Origin: an uncultured Acidobacteriota bacterium | GTDB lineage: Bacteria; Acidobacteriota; Blastocatellia; RBC074 | Reading direction: 5' to 3' | DNA length: 64,000 nucleotides | NCBI GenBank assembly: GCA_963796275.1 | Contig: CAWCKY010000006.1 | Span: 1,760,001 to 1,824,000, forward strand | In this document: positions 8,782 to 19,455 of the stretch, one piece after another | Layout: each line of letters opens with the position of its first letter | Numbering within the stretch: position 1 is the first letter of the stretch | Position numbers and translations under genes: made by a program | The notes under the pieces: model-generated | The model's database searches: none | Seen by the model: the letters and a program-made list of their open reading frames with translations, nothing else | Told to the model about the DNA's origin: nothing

Positions 8782-11700
8782 ATGAAACGATGTTATGCAT
8801 TTGCAATGTTGTTCACCTGCTGTCTAGCGTTCGCCGGATTCAGCCGCGAGGTGAAACTGGTGCGATATCCCGATTACCACCAGGGCCGCATTGTCTTCAC
8901 CTATTTGGGGGACATCTGGACCGCGGACGAAAACGGGCAGAACATCCATCGAGTCACCGTTCATCGCGCCCGCGACCTTTATCCGCGTTTCTCGCCCGAT
9001 GGCAGATGGATCTCATTTTCGTCAGACCGCAACGGCAATCTGGACGTCTACATCGTGCCGGCCGAAGGTGGGGCGGCTAAACAATTGACATTCCATTCCG
9101 CAGACGACACGGTTCAGGGCTGGGCGCCGGATGGCCGCACAGTCCTTTTCGCCAGTCAGCGCGGTGAAGATTTCATGGGGAAGCTCTATACGGTCGACGT
9201 AGACGATCGGAAGGAACGAAACGCCGGTTCTGATATGGGTGTTTATGCGACCTTTTCGCCCGACGGAAAGAAGCTGGCCATCAACCGCAAATCGCAATCC
9301 TACTGGCGCAAATATTACCGCGGCGCTTATCAGACAGACGTGACGGTGATGGACATCGCGGCGAGGAAGTTCACCGAACTGACCGATTTCGATGGTATGG
9401 ACTCGTGGCCTATGTGGAGCCGGGACGGGCACATCTACTTCGTCAGCGACCGTGAGGGCAATGGCCTGACCAATATCTGGCGCGTGAGCGAAAAAGGCGG
9501 CAAAGCGGAGCGCGTAACATCGTTCGCCGCCGGCGATGTACGCTGGCCGGCGATGAGCGACGACGGCAGGGTGATAGTCTTCGAACACGACTTCGAAGTC
9601 TGGAAACTGGATGTTGCCAGCCGCAAGGCCGCTCCGATCAAACTCGAGATCGCTGCCGAGACGCAAGAAAATATGGTAGAGGTGGCCGACTTCAACTCGC
9701 AGCTGGATGATTACGACCTCGCGCCTTCAGGCCGCCGCATTGTTCTATCCGTTCACGGAGAGCTCTTCACGGCGCCAACCGATGAAGGAGATCTGCGCCA
9801 GATCACCGATAGCCCCTGGCGGGACAAAGAGCCAAAATATTCGCCCGACGGCAAATGGATCGCTTTCATCTCCGACCGCAGCGGGCGCGAAGAGATTTAT
9901 ATCATCTCATACGATGGCGCGGGCGAGCCGCAGAAGGTCACAGACCTCGACGCGCTCAAATCGAGCTTTTCGTGGTCGCCCAACTCCAAAGAGATCGCCT
10001 TCACCGCGTCCGACAGCAAACTGCGCAAATTCTCGCTGGAGGGCAAGCAGACAGCTGAGCTGTCATCGTCCCGCTACGGCAATATCAGCGCGCCGGTCTG
10101 GTCGCCTGATAGCAAATGGCTCGCCTTCTCGAAGGCCGACGCGACGCGCAATGCCGATGTTTACCTGATCCCATCGGCCGGCGGTGAGGAAGGCAAGGTG
10201 ACCTTCGATTCATATAACGACGTCAATCCGCGTTTCAGCCCGGACGGACGCAAACTCTTCTTCATACGCAACGAAGGCGGCGGGGGTGGCGGGGGTGGCG
10301 GGGGCGGTCAGAATTCGGCCCAGATTTACTCCGTTGTGCTCGAACGCGAAGACCGCGATCCGAATGACCCGGAGATGCGCGCCGAACAGCCCGTCGCGTC
10401 CGACCAGGAGGGCGGCCCACGCCGCGCGGCTTCTCAGCAGCGGAACGAGCCCCAACGCGAGATCAACATTGACTGGGCCGGACTCAAGCGCCGTACGCGC
10501 CAACTTACGCGCATGCCTTCGTCAGTCTTCAACTACGCCATCACGCCGGACAGCCGCACCATCGTCTTTGTGACCAGCGAACTTGCCGATTTACGCAACA
10601 CGCCGGTCGTCTACTCGATTCAGGAGGACGGGCGCAGGCTCAATCGCATCACAGCGGGGCAGGGCAGCGGCGACGATGATGATGGTGAACGCCCCGGTCG
10701 AGGCGGATTTGGCGGCGGCATCGGTGAGCTGACAATCACGCGCGATGGCCGCTCGCTCTTCTTCCGCGAAGGCCAATCGGTCTACTCGATTTCGCTCTCT
10801 CCAGGGGGCGCCGGCGCGGGCAGCAGAAGCGGAGTTGGCGGTTCTGGCGGAGAACAGGGACGGCGCCGTCGCGTCAGCTTCATCGCAAAAGTCCGCATCG
10901 ACAAGCAAGCCGAATGGGCGGAAATGTTCGACGACGCCTGGCGCACCATGAAATACCGTTTCTACGACCCGCAGATGCACGGGCATAACTGGGACGCGGC
11001 CCGCGCCAAATATCAGCCGCTGGTGGCAGATGTAGGCGATCGCCAGGAGCTGCTCAACGTCGTCAATGAGATGATCGGCGAGTTGAATGCCTCACATACC
11101 GGAGCCGCGGTCGGCGCCCGGGGACGTGCGGGATCGGTGGCAACCGGCCATCTCGGCCTTGAGCTTGAATCCGACGAGCAGGCGGGCCGCTACCGCGTGA
11201 CGCACATTTACGAAGACGGCCCATCCGACAAAGATTGGGTGAAGGTCAGCGTGGGCGATTATCTGCTGGCAATCAACGGGCGCGCCGTCAAAGCGGGTGA
11301 TAATTATTGGCCCTTGCTCAATAGCAACAATCGGCTCAACCGCAAACTCGAAATTGCGTTCAACAATAAAGCATCGGAAGACGGCGCGTGGCGGACGCGT
11401 ATTGAGCCGATTTCGGGGCAAGCCTACAACCAGCTTCGCTATGAACGCTGGGTCAAACAGAGGCGCGAGACGGTCGAGAAACTCACGAACGGGCGAATCG
11501 GCTACTTGCACATTCAGGCTATGAACCAGCCCAGCCTGCGCAGATTCGAGAAGGATATCCGCGAAAACCGCAACAAAGAAGCGCTGATCATCGACCAGCG
11601 CTGGAATGGCGGAGGCAACATCGAGCAGGAACTGCTCGCCATCCTCGTCCAACGCCAGTACCAGGTCTGGCAGCCGCGCGGTACCGAACCTTCAGGCCGC

Positions 11701-12072
11701 CCCTTCGCCGGGTTCTTCGGCCCCAAGCTGGTATTGCAGAACTGGCGATCTGCATCCAACGCAGAAATGTTCCCCGCCGGCTTCCGGGCTTTGGGCCTGG
11801 GTAAGACTATCGGCACACCGACTATGGGCGCGGTGATCGGCACAGGCAGTTACTCCTTGATCGACGGTTCGACGGTGCGCACGCCGGGCGTGGGTGTTTA
11901 TCTGGCCGATCCCAAACGGACCAACATGGAGAATTACGGCGTGCAACCCGACCTCCTGATCGAAAACACGCCGGAGGATAACCTGGCAGGACGCGATCGA
12001 CAGCTCGAGACCGCCGTTCAGGAGCTGTTGAAGCAGATCGGGCAGAAGGGCGCCGTAGTGAAAAAAGAGTAG
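8782..12072 (+). CDS. Tricorn-like S41 peptidase (PD40 propellers, PDZ, S41 domain)
   Basis: PD40 repeats 'PRFSPDGRWISFSSDRNG', plus 'GELNASH', 'IDQRWNGGG', catalytic 'SASNAEMF', 'ENYGVQPD' and 'DRQLETAV'. Confidence 0.92.
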   Translation: MKRCYAFAMLFTCCLAFAGFSREVKLVRYPDYHQGRIVFTYLGDIWTADENGQNIHRVTVHRARDLYPRFSPDGRWISFSSDRNGNLDVYIVPAEGGAAKQLTFHSADDTVQGWAPDGRTVLFASQRGEDFMGKLYTVDVDDRKERNAGSDMGVYATFSPDGKKLAINRKSQSYWRKYYRGAYQTDVTVMDIAARKFTELTDFDGMDSWPMWSRDGHIYFVSDREGNGLTNIWRVSEKGGKAERVTSFAAGDVRWPAMSDDGRVIVFEHDFEVWKLDVASRKAAPIKLEIAAETQENMVEVADFNSQLDDYDLAPSGRRIVLSVHGELFTAPTDEGDLRQITDSPWRDKEPKYSPDGKWIAFISDRSGREEIYIISYDGAGEPQKVTDLDALKSSFSWSPNSKEIAFTASDSKLRKFSLEGKQTAELSSSRYGNISAPVWSPDSKWLAFSKADATRNADVYLIPSAGGEEGKVTFDSYNDVNPRFSPDGRKLFFIRNEGGGGGGGGGGGQNSAQIYSVVLEREDRDPNDPEMRAEQPVASDQEGGPRRAASQQRNEPQREINIDWAGLKRRTRQLTRMPSSVFNYAITPDSRTIVFVTSELADLRNTPVVYSIQEDGRRLNRITAGQGSGDDDDGERPGRGGFGGGIGELTITRDGRSLFFREGQSVYSISLSPGGAGAGSRSGVGGSGGEQGRRRRVSFIAKVRIDKQAEWAEMFDDAWRTMKYRFYDPQMHGHNWDAARAKYQPLVADVGDRQELLNVVNEMIGELNASHTGAAVGARGRAGSVATGHLGLELESDEQAGRYRVTHIYEDGPSDKDWVKVSVGDYLLAINGRAVKAGDNYWPLLNSNNRLNRKLEIAFNNKASEDGAWRTRIEPISGQAYNQLRYERWVKQRRETVEKLTNGRIGYLHIQAMNQPSLRRFEKDIRENRNKEALIIDQRWNGGGNIEQELLAILVQRQYQVWQPRGTEPSGRPFAGFFGPKLVLQNWRSASNAEMFPAGFRALGLGKTIGTPTMGAVIGTGSYSLIDGSTVRTPGVGVYLADPKRTNMENYGVQPDLLIENTPEDNLAGRDRQLETAVQELLKQIGQKGAVVKKE

Positions 12073-12155
12073 TCGCAAGCTGGCGAGTTTGATATTAATC
12101 ACGGAAACAGACGGATCGTCCGCGGCCGTCCCGATTTTGGTCATTTGAATAGGCC

Positions 12156-12400
12156 CTATTGCCGCAACCTAACGCCGGGTAGACTGTTGATGCGCGTGAG
12201 TAGCTCCTGGTTGATGATCTTCCTTCGCGCGATCGTATAACTGGCGGTATAGAGCCGTATCCTCATTGTCAACAAATTCTCAGTGTTGAACCCCGGTCGA
12301 CCGTCTGCACTCGCATGTAGCTCTTGATCAACAGACCCGCGCCGGTCAGCAGCGCCAGCGCGCCCTGGCGCTTTGAAACGCAACGCCGCGACCGCCTTCT
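12156..12400 (-). pseudogene. ADOP/MacB-type ABC permease fragment
   Basis: Split frames read 'ALALLTGAGLLIKSY' / 'PGFNTENLLTMRI...LLTRINSLPGV'. Confidence 0.7.
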
Positions 12401-12464
12401 TTCAGGCTCTCGTTGAGATCGATTCGTGAGGCTTGTAGCGCGGGGATGATGCCGGCAGCGACAC

Positions 12465-12497
12465 GGAACATTATCCGGAGGTTCTGGATAATGTTCC
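12465..12497. repeat. perfect 12-bp inverted repeat (hairpin or operator)
   Basis: GGAACATTATCC-GGAGGTTCT-GGATAATGTTCC, located 3' of the haloperoxidase gene. Confidence 0.5.
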
Positions 12498-12658
12498 ATT
12501 GACCTCATTACCCGACTTCACCAAAAGCGCCTCAGAATCCAATGTCGGCCTTTAGCTCGCGCAGCAAGCGCTGGTCAGGCTGGTCCCTGTTCCACCATAA
12601 ATCGATAGAGGACCAGCTGTAGGTGCCCTAAGGCTCATATTCGTACTCCTCGTTCTCT

Positions 12659-14356
12659 TCAGTGTTCTCGGTCCTCCTTATCGTCCTCCTTATCCGCGCG
12701 GTGGAACCGCTGCAAGAAGTTTAGATTGATGTAGTTGGCGATCGCTTCGCCCTCGGCATCGCTGATCTCGACTGTACTCGGGTAGTGCATGCCGCCCCAT
12801 ACCCGGGCGTTGTTACCGTCCGAACGCGCTTGTGCGATGCTGGTGTATCTGCGGTCCGGCAGATCGATCGTCGTCAGCGTAAATGTCTGGTGTCGTCGTC
12901 GAAAGTAACTGAGGAGAATGGTGGCAGCCGCACCGTTGAGGCTTGGGTGCCCAGCCGGGTATTCCGGATGCGACGGCGTGTTGATGAGTGGCTGCCAGTC
13001 CGGATCAGGATCGGTGTCAGGATTGCCGTCGGTTCCCGCTAATGGGATCGAGGTCACCGGCCGCCAGGTCACTTCGAACGGGGAGGAGCCGTAGAATCGT
13101 TTGGCGCTCCAGGTCGTGATCGCCGTGTCGGCCATCGCGATGTTAAGGACCGCGAGAAGCCGATTGCTGTCGGACATTGACAGGTGGTTAGCGCACGCCA
13201 TCTGATTCGCTGCCTGATTCCAGTGGATGCTGGCGTTGCCCTCCCAGAACGGAGCGAGCGCCGTCTGGTCCGGAGTGCGAATCGATTCGGTCTTGCGACC
13301 GAGCGCCTTGACCGCGTTGAAATCCTCGGTGTAGGTGGCGCTGATCAGACTTCGCGGTGGTCCTGGCCGGAATTGGGTGTTGTTGTTTAGGACGAACATC
13401 GAGGTGAATGCCAACCCCTGGGTGCTCATAGCCATGAATGATGGAGGTGTCGGCCGCCACTGACCCACGGCGGTCCCGCCAATGAATGCAGGGTAGCTCG
13501 TGTCGAACCCATCGGTCGCGCGCCAGACGAGCACGGCCTGCGCTACCTCGGTTCCCCAGGCGATGCCGCGCTCGATACGGCTCTTGCACGAGCGTTGTCC
13601 TCTGCGCGATCGATGGCCGTCATCGCAATTATCGCTCAGCGCCGCCAGCGAAGCCGCATAGCTCTCATCGAGCGCCGCCTGTTGTAATGGGAACAGGCCG
13701 ACCAGCGCAGTGTAGGCCGCAGCGATGACCGCCGCTCGGCGCGACGCCCGGTGGGGAGCCTCATCGTGAACGAAAATTGGTCTGTAGCGCTGTTCGATGC
13801 CGTTGTACGCATCGAAGATTGCCGTGTGAACGATTGCCCCGAGCCGCTGGCTGGCGGAGTTGGCCGTCTTCGTCGCAATGAGCGTCTTGATGAATATCTG
13901 ATTCCACTCCAGCACCTGGTCGGGGTTCTCATCGGTAGAACTGCTGACTTTGCCGGCCGGTTCACCGTCTTGATCACCGAGTGCCATGCAAGCGCGGGGC
14001 AGCCGGGGCAGCACGGAGAGAACCGGCGACCGTTCCTTGAAGCTTGAGTTGACGTTGGGTCCCAGGTTCATCGGCGGGCCCCCGATGGTCATAACGACAG
14101 CTACGCCGTGGGACCTAGATGTCTTGACCGCCGAATCCCCCGGGGCGGAGGCAACATAGAGGCTAAGGCTATTCTTGGACATGTCCGGCGAAAACTCCTC
14201 GAATTCAGAATTGACCATCAGGCCCAGCTTGACCGGGATGGACGAGTCCGAGATGTTTTTTGCACCTGCGACGGGATAGTAGACCACAAGAGCAGCTATC
14301 CAGACGAGGATAGCGGCCCAGATGAGTCTCACACTGCGGCTGTTACGTTTCATCAT
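12659..14356 (-). CDS. vanadium-dependent haloperoxidase / PAP2-family protein, secreted; N-terminus carries PD40-like remnants
   Basis: 'WSAKRFY...WRP', 'HPEYPAGH' and 'RVWGGMHY' vanadate/phosphate-binding motifs. The N-terminal 'NLGPNVNSSFKERSPVLS' resembles a PD40 repeat. Confidence 0.85.
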   Translation of the reverse strand: MMKRNSRSVRLIWAAILVWIAALVVYYPVAGAKNISDSSIPVKLGLMVNSEFEEFSPDMSKNSLSLYVASAPGDSAVKTSRSHGVAVVMTIGGPPMNLGPNVNSSFKERSPVLSVLPRLPRACMALGDQDGEPAGKVSSSTDENPDQVLEWNQIFIKTLIATKTANSASQRLGAIVHTAIFDAYNGIEQRYRPIFVHDEAPHRASRRAAVIAAAYTALVGLFPLQQAALDESYAASLAALSDNCDDGHRSRRGQRSCKSRIERGIAWGTEVAQAVLVWRATDGFDTSYPAFIGGTAVGQWRPTPPSFMAMSTQGLAFTSMFVLNNNTQFRPGPPRSLISATYTEDFNAVKALGRKTESIRTPDQTALAPFWEGNASIHWNQAANQMACANHLSMSDSNRLLAVLNIAMADTAITTWSAKRFYGSSPFEVTWRPVTSIPLAGTDGNPDTDPDPDWQPLINTPSHPEYPAGHPSLNGAAATILLSYFRRRHQTFTLTTIDLPDRRYTSIAQARSDGNNARVWGGMHYPSTVEISDAEGEAIANYINLNFLQRFHRADKEDDKEDREH

Positions 14357-14751
14357 TTTTTCCTTTCAATTGATTGCATTGCAAACTCGATCTAGAGATG
14401 GACACTATTGATTCATGGTAGAGTTCCTCCTTAACAAAATATCGCCGATCGGTGGTCCGTCCTCACTTTGGCCTTTCTTCCGCTCTGAGCTTGCCGTGAT
14501 GAAGACCAGGTAACCCCACCCGGCTCGAAAAGAGGAAATGGCTCCTGATGCTCCTTTAGTTAGAGGAAGGAGCGATCTGGAGCATTTCTGCATTGGGGGA
14601 CTCTCCCCGCTGCGTCATCGCAAGCATTGGGTTATCGAACCAATGGTTAATGCTTACCTCCCTATCACCCCGTAAGCCGAGTTAATCGAATAATCCAACG
14701 CCTGGAAAAATAGAGCCTGGCGATCTGGTTTGGCTGATCTCTTCTTTCCCG

Positions 14752-14790
14752 CACCTACATAAGGCGAAAATCGCAGCCAAAAACTGCCAC
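14752..14790 (-). promoter_or_regulatory. candidate ECF-sigma promoter (motif shared with 34760-34797)
   Basis: GTGGCAGTTTTTGG...TTCGCCTTA, with the same spacing as the copy upstream of 34634. Confidence 0.4.
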
Positions 14791-15839
14791 GCTCGACAAA
14801 ATAATTCGACGGCCTCATCGGGTCCCGTGTTTTAGGTTGAAACGTCCGACGTCTGTTAAGTGCCGAGAGTTGTGGAGTCGCGAGCGCTTGGCAATACTCG
14901 CATACAAAATCAGAAACCGAATCCGTTGATAGCTGATGATCTCTGGATTTGAGGCCGACTTGACCGCGCCGAATACTACTCCCTCAGCAGGAGTTTGGCG
15001 TGACCTTGATCACGAATGTTACGCCGAACCCACCGCGCCGGTCTCACACCGTCCAGGACCGCGCTGTTCCCAGCACCGGCACGACGAGGGTGACGCGCTT
15101 GGTGCGCCCGGAATCAGCGTTGCGACGATGTTCTCGTTGGTGTCGCCGCAGATCCGAAGAGCCTTCGTCGCTTGACGAGCAACGGTCGTGCGCGCGGAGC
15201 TCGTGAAGTCGCTGCGGAACACCACGAACGGTACGTCTCGCGGTGCATCCGTTCCCGGCGTTGCTGAGATCTCCACCAGGTGGCACCGCGCCGCGCCGCG
15301 TGCGCATGGGGTGCCGGGAATGTGGGATGTGTTTGTCCCGGTGTCCGTTTTGACCCATGTTCCCAGCAGGCGACCGGAAGCCACGAAGGTCGAATCCAGG
15401 TCGCGGGAGAGTTGTAAGAGCCGGCGCCCCCAATCGGCGCCGAATCGATAGCGTTACATTTTTTCTCCTACTATACCTAAACACCTAGTTAGGCTTTCTG
15501 CCGAGGAAAGACTGAGGACGCCGCTTGTAGTACTGCAATAAGACGAATAGCAGGCTCTCACCTGTGTAACTGAGCTTCGTCTTCTCACTTCGATAAGAAC
15601 GAATCGTTGTCATGGTCCCTATAAGCATCAGCTCCTCTATGCCGGTTACTTACGACAGACCTGGATGGTTGGATTTTCCAACATCAGACTACTAGATCCA
15701 TGGCGACGCGCTGGATTGTGCCATCTAAGCGCATGAGTTTAGAATGCACGCGGCTCCGGCTTTTGTGCCAGGTTCTCAGTTGTTTTGCACTTTGCCGCTC
15801 AAGAATTACCTGAACAACAATTCTAAGTCCTTCGGATTC

Positions 15840-15868
15840 TCGGAAGAAATTCGGGAGTATTTCGGAAG
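15840..15868 (+). promoter_or_regulatory. three TCGG(A/G)AG direct repeats with 11-bp period (candidate wHTH binding site)
   Basis: TCGGAAG at 15840, TCGGGAG at 15851 and TCGGAAG at 15862, directly upstream of an OmpR-type wHTH gene. Confidence 0.5.
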
Positions 15869-15881
15869 GAGATAGGGAGGG

Positions 15882-17786
15882 ATGGTTATGCCACAGCCAG
15901 ATAAGCATTTATATGAATTCGGCCCTTTCCGTTTTTACCCGACCGAGCGATCCCTATTGCGTGAGGGCGAGGTTGTTCCGCTACCGCCTAAGGTCTTCGA
16001 CATCCTCCTATTCTTAGTCCAGAACCACGGCCACCTGCTTCAGAAAGACACAATAATCAAGACGATCTGGCCAGAGTCCTTCGTCGAGGAGGGCAACCTC
16101 ACCCGCTACATCTCCACACTGAGGCAAGTACTAGGCGAGGGCAAGAACGGACAAACATACATCGAAACCGTACCGCGGATCGGCTATCGGTTTGTGGCGG
16201 AGGTGCGGGAGGTTGGAAGCAAAGGCCTCGACCCGGCAGCGCATTCCCGTGTCGCCGTTGAAGAAAAGAGAGAAGGCGACCAGGCGGCTGACAGCGACTT
16301 GACCAAGGAGGCTTACGCCCCGAGCATATGGTCTAAAGGCAAGTTGGCTGCGCCACGGGTCCGGCTGTGGGCGCTTGCCGCCAGTGTGGTTTTCCTTCTG
16401 GCCTTTGGCTGGATAGGGTTAGACAGATGGAAGCCTGAGACATCCGTGACGCCAAAACCCGCGACGATCGCGGTGATTCCGTTCGAGAATCTCAGCGCTG
16501 AGCCGGAGAGCGAGTATTTCGTCGATGGCCTGACGGATGAGATTATCCGCAACCTCTCGCTGATCGAGGGCCTGGAAGTGAGGTCGCGGACATCATCGTT
16601 CGCTTTCAAGGACAAGCCACGCAACATCCGAGAAGTCGGCGAGCAACTGAAGGTGGACTGGGTGGTGGAGGGTTCGGTTCTGCGGTCGGCCGGTAATCTG
16701 CGCGTCAACGCCCAGCTCGTCAGGGTGGCAGACGACTTTCCACTGTGGAGCGACCGTTTCGACCGCGATCTGAAGGACGTCTTCGCCATCCTGGACGAGA
16801 TTTCGCATGGCATCGTGAATAATCTGCGGCTGAAACTCGGCCGCGGCCGGAGGCGCTACGAAACCAGCGTCGAAGCCTACAGTCTGTACCTCCATGCACG
16901 CGCTCTACCGTTCCTTGCAGACCCCGGTTTGGGAGAAACTATCGAACGTTTCAAACGAGTGATTGCCAAAGATCCGTCTTTTGCGCCTGCATATGCAGGT
17001 CTCGCATCGGCTTATGCATGGCGATCCGTTCAGTTCCCCCTGGATCATCCCACTGACGAGTTGGCGAAAATGCGAGCCGCGGCGGAGAAGGCCATCCAGT
17101 TGGACCCCCTGCTCGCTGAAGCGCATGAGGCGCTCGGCCTGGCCTACGCTCGCGAAGCTCAATGGGGGCAGGCGGAAAAAAGCTTCCGCCATGCCATCGA
17201 GCTCAACCCCAATCGCTCAGAGACGTACTTTCACTTCGACAGATGGGTGTTGTCGGTACTCGGCCGTCTTGATGAGGCGCTTCAGCAATTGCGTGTCGCG
17301 GAGAAAGCTGACCCACTCTCAGCCCAGGTTCAGCTATCGCTGGCTGAATTGCTTATTTCGACAGGCCGATATGATGAGGCAGTCGGTTATTGCCAGAAGC
17401 TCCCTGCGCACGACTTATTCAAAGATCAATTTCTGGCTCGCGCCCGGCTAGGCCAGGGGAGAATCGACGAGGCAGTCCAGCTCCTGGCCAATGACCGAAC
17501 TCTATCTACTAATCCGCAAACTCGTGGTTTTCTCGGTTACGCCTATGCGCGGTCGGGCCGCCATGAGGAAGCCGAGAAGATGGCGGCTGCTTCCCGCTAC
17601 CCCAACGAACAAGCCCTGATCTTCGCTGGTCTCGGCGATAAAGATCGTACATTTGAAGCTCTCGATCGCATGGCCGCTCTAGGTTCCATCCGGATAGGTA
17701 CGTACCTCAATGGTCCAGAACTGGCTTTGGTACGTGGAGACCCGCGCCTGGCAGCTTTGCGCAAGAAGGTTGGCTTGCCCGAGTAA
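15882..17786 (+). CDS. transmembrane regulator: OmpR/ToxR-type winged HTH + TM + TolB-like + TPR
   Basis: 'YEFGPF...LPPKVFDILLFLV...WPESFVEEGNL...IETVPRIGYRF', a TM helix, 'IAVIPFENLS...YFVDGLTDEII' and TPR repeats. Confidence 0.9.
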   Translation: MVMPQPDKHLYEFGPFRFYPTERSLLREGEVVPLPPKVFDILLFLVQNHGHLLQKDTIIKTIWPESFVEEGNLTRYISTLRQVLGEGKNGQTYIETVPRIGYRFVAEVREVGSKGLDPAAHSRVAVEEKREGDQAADSDLTKEAYAPSIWSKGKLAAPRVRLWALAASVVFLLAFGWIGLDRWKPETSVTPKPATIAVIPFENLSAEPESEYFVDGLTDEIIRNLSLIEGLEVRSRTSSFAFKDKPRNIREVGEQLKVDWVVEGSVLRSAGNLRVNAQLVRVADDFPLWSDRFDRDLKDVFAILDEISHGIVNNLRLKLGRGRRRYETSVEAYSLYLHARALPFLADPGLGETIERFKRVIAKDPSFAPAYAGLASAYAWRSVQFPLDHPTDELAKMRAAAEKAIQLDPLLAEAHEALGLAYAREAQWGQAEKSFRHAIELNPNRSETYFHFDRWVLSVLGRLDEALQQLRVAEKADPLSAQVQLSLAELLISTGRYDEAVGYCQKLPAHDLFKDQFLARARLGQGRIDEAVQLLANDRTLSTNPQTRGFLGYAYARSGRHEEAEKMAAASRYPNEQALIFAGLGDKDRTFEALDRMAALGSIRIGTYLNGPELALVRGDPRLAALRKKVGLPE

Positions 17787-17929
17787 TATCTTCAAATGCT
17801 CACGCGTATGGCCAGTTGAAATGCGCGCGACCCGCCCGAACCGAGCACTCGCGTCGCCCGGATAGTGGGTTGCCCGAATGCGGCGATGTTAGTGAGATTA
17901 CCGCTGTGGCCAGACAGATTCTCGGCATT

Positions 17930-18264
17930 ATACAGGTTGAATACCTCGCCTATGAGCCGTTGGCGCGCCAGAAGACAATCAAAGGAGTGGTTCTCAGCAC
18001 AGATGGCAACCCCTGGCCGGCGTTCTGGTGAATCATGGCCAACCGAACGAGTTCATGACGAGCAACGTGAAGACTGATGAATACGGGCGTTTTTCGTTCA
18101 AGGCTTACGAAGGCGTGAAGTATTCGGTCAGAGTGATAATTGACCTGAGAGACAGCGAATACGCCTACTTCAACTGGGCTGACATGCCAGCGGATGCTGA
18201 GAAAGCGCCACTGAAAATAGTGATTGATCCGAATCGTCCCGAAAGCAAGGTGAAACTGAAGTAA
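17930..18264 (+). pseudogene. C-terminal fragment of a carboxypeptidase-regulatory-like domain protein
   Basis: 'TIKGVVLSTDGNP' / 'KTDEYGRFSF' in shifted frames. Confidence 0.45.
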
Positions 18265-18373
18265 CCATATTTGTATATGGTAAACTCGTTCTTGAAGTTA
18301 CTGTCAGTAGGACTGGCCGACCAACCTTCAAGCGATTGAGGTGAAGCGGAGTTTCAATCTTAATGCGTAATAT

Positions 18374-18745
18374 ATGAGACCAATAAAATTTAGGGTTTGG
18401 CACAAACCTGAACAGAAAATGCACCATTACCTGAAAGCAAAGTTTGGCAAAGCAACCAATATCACGCTGGAAGGGAAATTTAAGGACGTAGACCACGTCA
18501 CGACCAAAACCGTGCCGGTTGATGACCTTGAAATAATGCAGTTCACGGGTCTCGTGGATAAAAATGGTAAAGAGATATTCGAGGGGGATGTTGTTAAGCT
18601 ATTCAGAAATAAAACTGTATCGCAAGTTTACTTTATGGACGGAAGTTTTCTGATAGATGAACCCGAAAAAAAGACCTTACTATTTTCCATCTTGTGTGAA
18701 GTCATTGGCAACATCCACGAGCATCCAGAGATACTAAAGCAGTAA
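18374..18745 (+). CDS. YopX family phage protein
   Basis: 'MRPIKFRVW', 'IMQFTGLVDKNGKEIFEGDVV', 'EVIGNIHEHPEIL'. Confidence 0.92.
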   Translation: MRPIKFRVWHKPEQKMHHYLKAKFGKATNITLEGKFKDVDHVTTKTVPVDDLEIMQFTGLVDKNGKEIFEGDVVKLFRNKTVSQVYFMDGSFLIDEPEKKTLLFSILCEVIGNIHEHPEILKQ

Positions 18746-18747
18746 TT

Positions 18748-18845
18748 TACGACGGCGGGGAGCCAGGCGCGCAGCTCTCCTCCTGGTCGTTCGTCGAGAA
18801 TCTGAAGCGGTATGCCAGGGAGGCGGGGATCGGCGAGATTAAAGG
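18748..18845 (+). pseudogene. tyrosine recombinase/integrase fragment
   Basis: Translates as 'GEPGAQLSSWSFVENLKRYAREAGIGEI', the helix preceding the HxLRH box, then breaks off. Confidence 0.5.
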
Positions 18846-18867
18846 GAAGGCCGATGCTTGATTGCGA

Positions 18868-19080
18868 TTATTGACCGCGAAGCGGGAGGCTCGGCCCCCT
18901 GTAACGGCTTGTCGCAAACCTTTCCCGGTGGATGTAGGCATCTATGTCTGAGCCCCGAAAGCGCTGATGTCCGTCTACTTCGGTCGATTCAATCGATCCA
19001 CGATGCGCCAGGCGACGCGCTTCTTCAACAGATATCTGCGCGCGGGCCGCGAATTGTCTAAGAGTGAGAAGTCTATCCAT
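18868..19080 (-). CDS. excisionase-like helix-turn-helix protein
   Basis: 'LLTLRQFAARAQIS...RLAHRGSI...RFRGSDIDAY' matches the HTH_17/Xis pattern. Confidence 0.65.
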   Translation of the reverse strand: MDRLLTLRQFAARAQISVEEARRLAHRGSIESTEVDGHQRFRGSDIDAYIHRERFATSRYRGPSLPLRGQ

Positions 19081-19322
19081 GTCGCAAGTGTACCATTTCT
19101 TTACCAACCTCGTGCCTGCGCAGATACGGTTTGATCATTCTTATACCTGTGAGCATTAAAGAGCGCCGCACTTCCCCGCCCATGTACCTATTTAGGGGGG
19201 GCCGGAAATGGGAAACCGGTACCGATGTACCCTTTATCGCTCAGCCTAATGTGCCGGCCGTGCCTGAGTAGATTCGAGTCAGATCAAACAATTATGTCGG
19301 TTTTACCCACAAGAAGGCAGGT

Positions 19323-19455
19323 TTCAATCCGCGGTGCGGCGCGCTAAGCGGCCAGTTGGGCTTTCCCTACTACAGCTTCTTCGAGGCGATTGGATCACTC
19401 ATCGAACTCCTGGGCTACATGCTCACGATCGGCAGACTGGCCCTGGGACTGACTT
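19323..19455 (+). pseudogene. GT2 (PgaC/IcaA-like) glycosyltransferase fragment
   Basis: 'FNPRCGALSGQLGFPYYSFFEAIGSLIELLGY' resembles the membrane segment of these enzymes. Confidence 0.4.

Noticed and set aside
10276-10308. GGCGGGGGT tandem repeat
   Set aside because: It encodes an in-frame poly-Gly linker in the tricorn protease; it is not an array.
14936-15484. Overlapping GC-rich short ORFs on both strands
   Set aside because: No recognisable motif or RBS; probably decayed sequence.
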